64,000 bases of DNA from an uncultured Acidimicrobiaceae bacterium (GTDB lineage: Bacteria > Actinomycetota > Acidimicrobiia > Acidimicrobiales > Bog-793). This document shows, piece by piece, positions 60,494 to 64,000 of this stretch. The stretch is taken from assembly GCA_963761425.1 (NCBI GenBank), contig CAVXGQ010000005.1, positions 316,760 through 380,759 on the forward strand. Direction: 5' to 3'. The translations under genes were made by a program, and so were the position numbers. Position 1 is the stretch's first letter. The number at the start of each line of letters is the position of its first letter. Under the pieces are notes generated by a model. That model saw only the letters and a list, made by a program, of their open reading frames with translations, did not search any database and was not told the DNA's origin.

Positions 60494-61627
60494 TCACCCC
60501 AGGGACCGCAGCCGCTCGACGACGGCCGGGAAGGCGGCGGCGAAGGCGGCAACGTCGTCATCGTCTGTCGACCAGCCGACCGAGCAGCGCAGCGAGCGGT
60601 CCGCGTCGACGCCCATCGCCGCCAGGGCGGGCGAAGGTTTGAAGGCCTCCGAGGCGCAGGCCGAGCCGGAGTGGACGGCCAATCCGGCCGCGTCGAGACC
60701 CATGACCACGCCCTCGGCGGCGACGCCCGGGACCCCGAAACAGACGAGATGGGGGACGCGTCCGACCGGGTCGCCGTAGGTGACGACTCCGGGGACCCCG
60801 AGCGCCACCTCGGCGATCGCCTCGGTGAGGGCCCGGGAGCGTCGGGCCGCCGCCTCGACCGCTCCGGGGGCGGCGAGCGCCTTGGCCACCGCGCCGAACC
60901 CGACGATCCCCAGCACGCTCTCCATCCCCGCCCGGCGGGCGCGCTCTTCGGCCCCGCCGACGAGGAACGGGGGGATGCGGGTGATCCGGCCGACGACGAG
61001 GGCGCCGACGCCGGTCGGGCCGCCGAGCTTGTGCGCGGAGAACGACACGTAGTCGACGTCAAGCTCGGCGAGGTCCACGGCCATCTGGCCGATGGCGATG
61101 CAGGCGTCGACGTGGACGGGAACCTGCGCCCGGCGACAGCGTCCGGCGACCTCCTTGACCGGCTGGACCGTTCCGACCTGGTGGTTGGCGAGCTGGCAGT
61201 TGACCAGGGCCGGACGGGTCTTTCCTCGCGCCAGGAGCTGTTCGATGGCGGCGAGATCGACCCGGCCGACGTGATCGACCGGGATCGAGGACACCGGGCC
61301 GTAGCGTTCGGCGGACCGCCGCACCGCCGAGTGCTCGACCGGGCTGAAGGCGATCGGCGCGGTGCGGTTCGCCTGCCGTGCGGCCCAGTTCGCCCAGTTC
61401 GCCGCCTCGGTCCCGCCGGAGGTGAAGACGAGCTGACGGGGGCTCACCTTCACCAGGGCGGCGACCGCCTCCCGAGCTTCCTCGATCGCCTCGGCGACGA
61501 CGTGCCCTTCCCAGTAGGGGCGACCGGCGTCGGCAAACACCCCTTGGTCCAGCCACTCGGAAATCGCCCGTGCCGCCTCGGGCCGCAACGGGCAGGTCGA
61601 GGCGTGATCGAGGTAGTGCCGGGCCAC
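60494..61627 (-). CDS. Cysteine desulfurase family protein (IscS/NifS-like)
   Basis: YLDHAST, FTSGGTEA, HVDA, SAHKLGGP and SGSAC motifs. Confidence 0.92.
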   Translation of the reverse strand: MARHYLDHASTCPLRPEAARAISEWLDQGVFADAGRPYWEGHVVAEAIEEAREAVAALVKVSPRQLVFTSGGTEAANWANWAARQANRTAPIAFSPVEHSAVRRSAERYGPVSSIPVDHVGRVDLAAIEQLLARGKTRPALVNCQLANHQVGTVQPVKEVAGRCRRAQVPVHVDACIAIGQMAVDLAELDVDYVSFSAHKLGGPTGVGALVVGRITRIPPFLVGGAEERARRAGMESVLGIVGFGAVAKALAAPGAVEAAARRSRALTEAIAEVALGVPGVVTYGDPVGRVPHLVCFGVPGVAAEGVVMGLDAAGLAVHSGSACASEAFKPSPALAAMGVDADRSLRCSVGWSTDDDDVAAFAAAFPAVVERLRSLG

Positions 61628-61635
61628 GGCGTCGC

Positions 61636-62373
61636 TCAGCCCGCGACGCTCGAGCAGGACTCGTCGCCGCGGGCGCGTGACGAGAGCTGCACGGGGACCT
61701 CGTCACCGCAGAGCCCCTCCAGAAGCCCCTTCACCATGCCGCGGTCGACCGCACAGAGCACGGGGTGCTTGAGGACGACCTCTCCGAAGGGGCAGTGCTC
61801 GCGGATGACCCAAGTCGTCGTGTTGTCGCTCTCGGCGCGAGCGGCGAAGCCGTGGGCGGTGAGCGCGTCGATGACGGCGGACATCGCGGCCCCCATGGAG
61901 CGTTGCGAGTCGCCCGGCGCCATCTGGGCGGCGAGGGATCTCCCGTACTCCTCGCCGACCTCCTCGGCCAGGTGGTCGGCGACGTCGGGGTCGAGAGCCG
62001 CGAGCGTCCTCACCAACAAGGCGATCACGAGCTCGTTCGGCTGAGGCGGCATCGGCACGGAGGTCTCCCGCGAGGAGGGCCGGTAGCGCTTGGCCGGACG
62101 TCCCGCTCCCGGTGCGGCGCGGTCCAGCGTGACCTCCAGGTAGCCGCCGGCGGCGAGCTTGTCGAGATGATGGCGGGCGACGTTGGGGTGCAGCGCGAAC
62201 TTTCGGGCGACTTCGCCGGCGGTCGCGCCGTCGACCTCCCGCGTGAACAGGTAGATGTGCCGGCGGGTTGCGTCCCCGAAGGCACTGGTGACGGCGGCGA
62301 CCGCGGCGGAGAAGGATTCGTCGTCGTGAACGTCGTCCCCGGAAGTCCACGGAACCCCGCCGGGGGTCTGCAC
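61636..62373 (-). CDS. HTH metalloregulator (SufR-like)
   Basis: LHPNVARHHLDKL, GRPAKRY, HCPF...LCAVD and a C-terminal Cys; start uncertain. Confidence 0.85.
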   Translation of the reverse strand: MQTPGGVPWTSGDDVHDDESFSAAVAAVTSAFGDATRRHIYLFTREVDGATAGEVARKFALHPNVARHHLDKLAAGGYLEVTLDRAAPGAGRPAKRYRPSSRETSVPMPPQPNELVIALLVRTLAALDPDVADHLAEEVGEEYGRSLAAQMAPGDSQRSMGAAMSAVIDALTAHGFAARAESDNTTTWVIREHCPFGEVVLKHPVLCAVDRGMVKGLLEGLCGDEVPVQLSSRARGDESCSSVAG

Positions 62374-62504
62374 GGATCGACGGCTCCCGCTCGATCTGGG
62401 CCTTGCCGGCGCCCGAGAAGGAGGAGAGCGCACGATTGGTATCCTACCTGCGGCGCGCCGGATTCCCGGTGCGTTCGTCTTCCGGCTGGAGCCGCGGCTT
62501 AACG

Positions 62505-63611
62505 ATGAGTGATCCGGATCTTGACGGGCTGCGCGCGGCATTTGGAACGGTCGAAGACCCCTTCCTCTTCGCCCCCTTGGCGGATCTGGGCGTGCTCACC
62601 GAGGTGCGGGCCCGGGGCCACGGCGTCGATGCCGTCTTGAGGATCCCGACCGAGGAACATCCGGCCCTCGACGAGTTGCGCCGGCGTCTCACCGCGGCGG
62701 CGGCGGCGGCGGGTGCCCCGACATCGGTTGACGTCATCACCGAGACCATGGACGAGGAGGAGGCGGCCGCCCTCGGCGAGCGCCTGCGGGATCGGGAAGG
62801 GTCGGTGGATCCCGGGACGGTGGGGCGATCGCTGCGGGGGTCCCGGGTGCTCAGCATCGCCTCGGGCAAGGGCGGAGTAGGCAAGTCGACGGTGACCGTC
62901 AACCTCGCCGTGGCCCTGGTGGCCGCCGGCCACACGGTGGGGTTGCTCGATGCCGACGTCTACGGGTTCTCCGTCCCGCGCATGCTCGGCGTGGTGCGCG
63001 GACCGGTGATTCTCGGCCCGACGATCCTGCCCCCGGTGGCGCGGGGGGTGCGCTGCCTGTCGATGGGGTTCTTCGTCGACGAGGACCGCGCCGTTGCCTG
63101 GCGCGGCCCGATGCTCCACAAGGCGCTCGAGCAGTTCGTCACCGAGGTCCACTGGGGCCATCCGGAGTTCCTCCTCATCGACATGCCCCCGGGCACGGGC
63201 GACGTGGCGCTCTCCGTCGCCCAGCATCTTCCCGGCGCGGAGCTGTATGTCGTGACGACGCCGCAGCCCGCGGCCCAACGGGTCGCGCAACGTTCCGGGG
63301 CGCTGGCACGCGAGCTTCACCTGTCGGTTCGCGGCGTCATCGAGAACATGTCGTGGTATACGGCCCCGGACGGATCCCGCCAGGAGCTGTTTGGCGAGGG
63401 TGGCGGGCGGGCCCTGGCGGGCGAGCTCGGCGTGGAGCTGCTCGCCCAGATCCCCTTCGATCCCGCGGTGCGCGCCGGCGCGGACGAGGGACGTCCTGCG
63501 ACGCAGGTCGATCCGGAGGGCGAGGTGGCTCGGGCCTTCGACGCCCTGGCGACCCGTGTCGCCGCGCTCGGCCCCTCCCGGATCTACCGTCGGGAGCTCA
63601 CCATCACCTGA
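62505..63611 (+). CDS. mrp: Mrp/NBP35 (ApbC) P-loop ATPase
   Basis: ASGKGGVGKST, DADVYG, WRGPMLHK, DMPPGTGD, VTTPQ and ENMS motifs. Confidence 0.93.
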   Translation: MSDPDLDGLRAAFGTVEDPFLFAPLADLGVLTEVRARGHGVDAVLRIPTEEHPALDELRRRLTAAAAAAGAPTSVDVITETMDEEEAAALGERLRDREGSVDPGTVGRSLRGSRVLSIASGKGGVGKSTVTVNLAVALVAAGHTVGLLDADVYGFSVPRMLGVVRGPVILGPTILPPVARGVRCLSMGFFVDEDRAVAWRGPMLHKALEQFVTEVHWGHPEFLLIDMPPGTGDVALSVAQHLPGAELYVVTTPQPAAQRVAQRSGALARELHLSVRGVIENMSWYTAPDGSRQELFGEGGGRALAGELGVELLAQIPFDPAVRAGADEGRPATQVDPEGEVARAFDALATRVAALGPSRIYRRELTIT

Positions 63612-64000
63612 GCGCTCGTGTTCCGGGGTCGGCTGGGACCGGTGCCCCACGGCAGTGCCACGCCCAAGTGGCGGTCTCGTTGGTGCTCGTCGGAGGGCCG
63701 CGGGCTCGAGGCGACCGGGCGCGCCCCTAGGCTCAGCCCGTGCGATCGACCCCGAAGGCGGCTGAGGGGGTGGGCGCTTCCGCCCAGTCCGGCCGCTCGG
63801 ATCGGGCCGCGACCTGGGCGGCGACGATGGAGGGCCACCTGCTGGATCCGGAGTCCGGGGTGTGCATCGCCCATGCCACCAACCAGGGGCGTGCCGGGGC
63901 GGTGAGACCGAGGGCCCGGGAGGAACGGGAGTCCGAACAGGAAGGGGTCCTCGCGCCGGGCGCGACCCGGGCGGTTGGGGCCGGGAGGCGATCTCAGCCG

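Noticed and set aside
63612-64000. Gene at the window end
   Set aside because: Only short low-complexity ORFs are present, so nothing is supportable

Overview
High-GC bacterial window, most likely from an actinobacterium (Acidimicrobiia-like; inferred from protein types, not from a marker gene). 1-4.9 kb holds a purine/ureide catabolic operon: SsnA-like amidohydrolase, LLM oxidoreductase, two different carbamoyltransferases (one YgeW-like) and carbamate kinase. An IS630 relic follows, then a corrinoid methyltransferase cassette (UroD-like, RACo activator, corrinoid protein, MtaB-like, MtaA-like) and a 14-blade repeat protein. Next come a convergent xanthine-dehydrogenase-family operon with xdhC, then moaE and an arsR-acr3-DUF2180 operon. 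24-46 kb is an accessory zone of secreted repeat proteins with an intact IS3, an intact IS110 whose bridge-RNA guide segments can be read, a transposase-less IS110 relic, a 70-bp repeat pair and integrase/possible Cas1 fragments. At 47-52 kb, a 5.3-kb two-tyrosine-recombinase element splits an ardC-like gene while carrying its own intact ardC and an ERCC4 nuclease. The window ends in housekeeping genes (valS, cysS, cspA, gmd, cysteine desulfurase, regulator, Mrp). No rRNA, tRNA or CRISPR array was seen. All family calls come from recognising motifs by eye, not from database searches.
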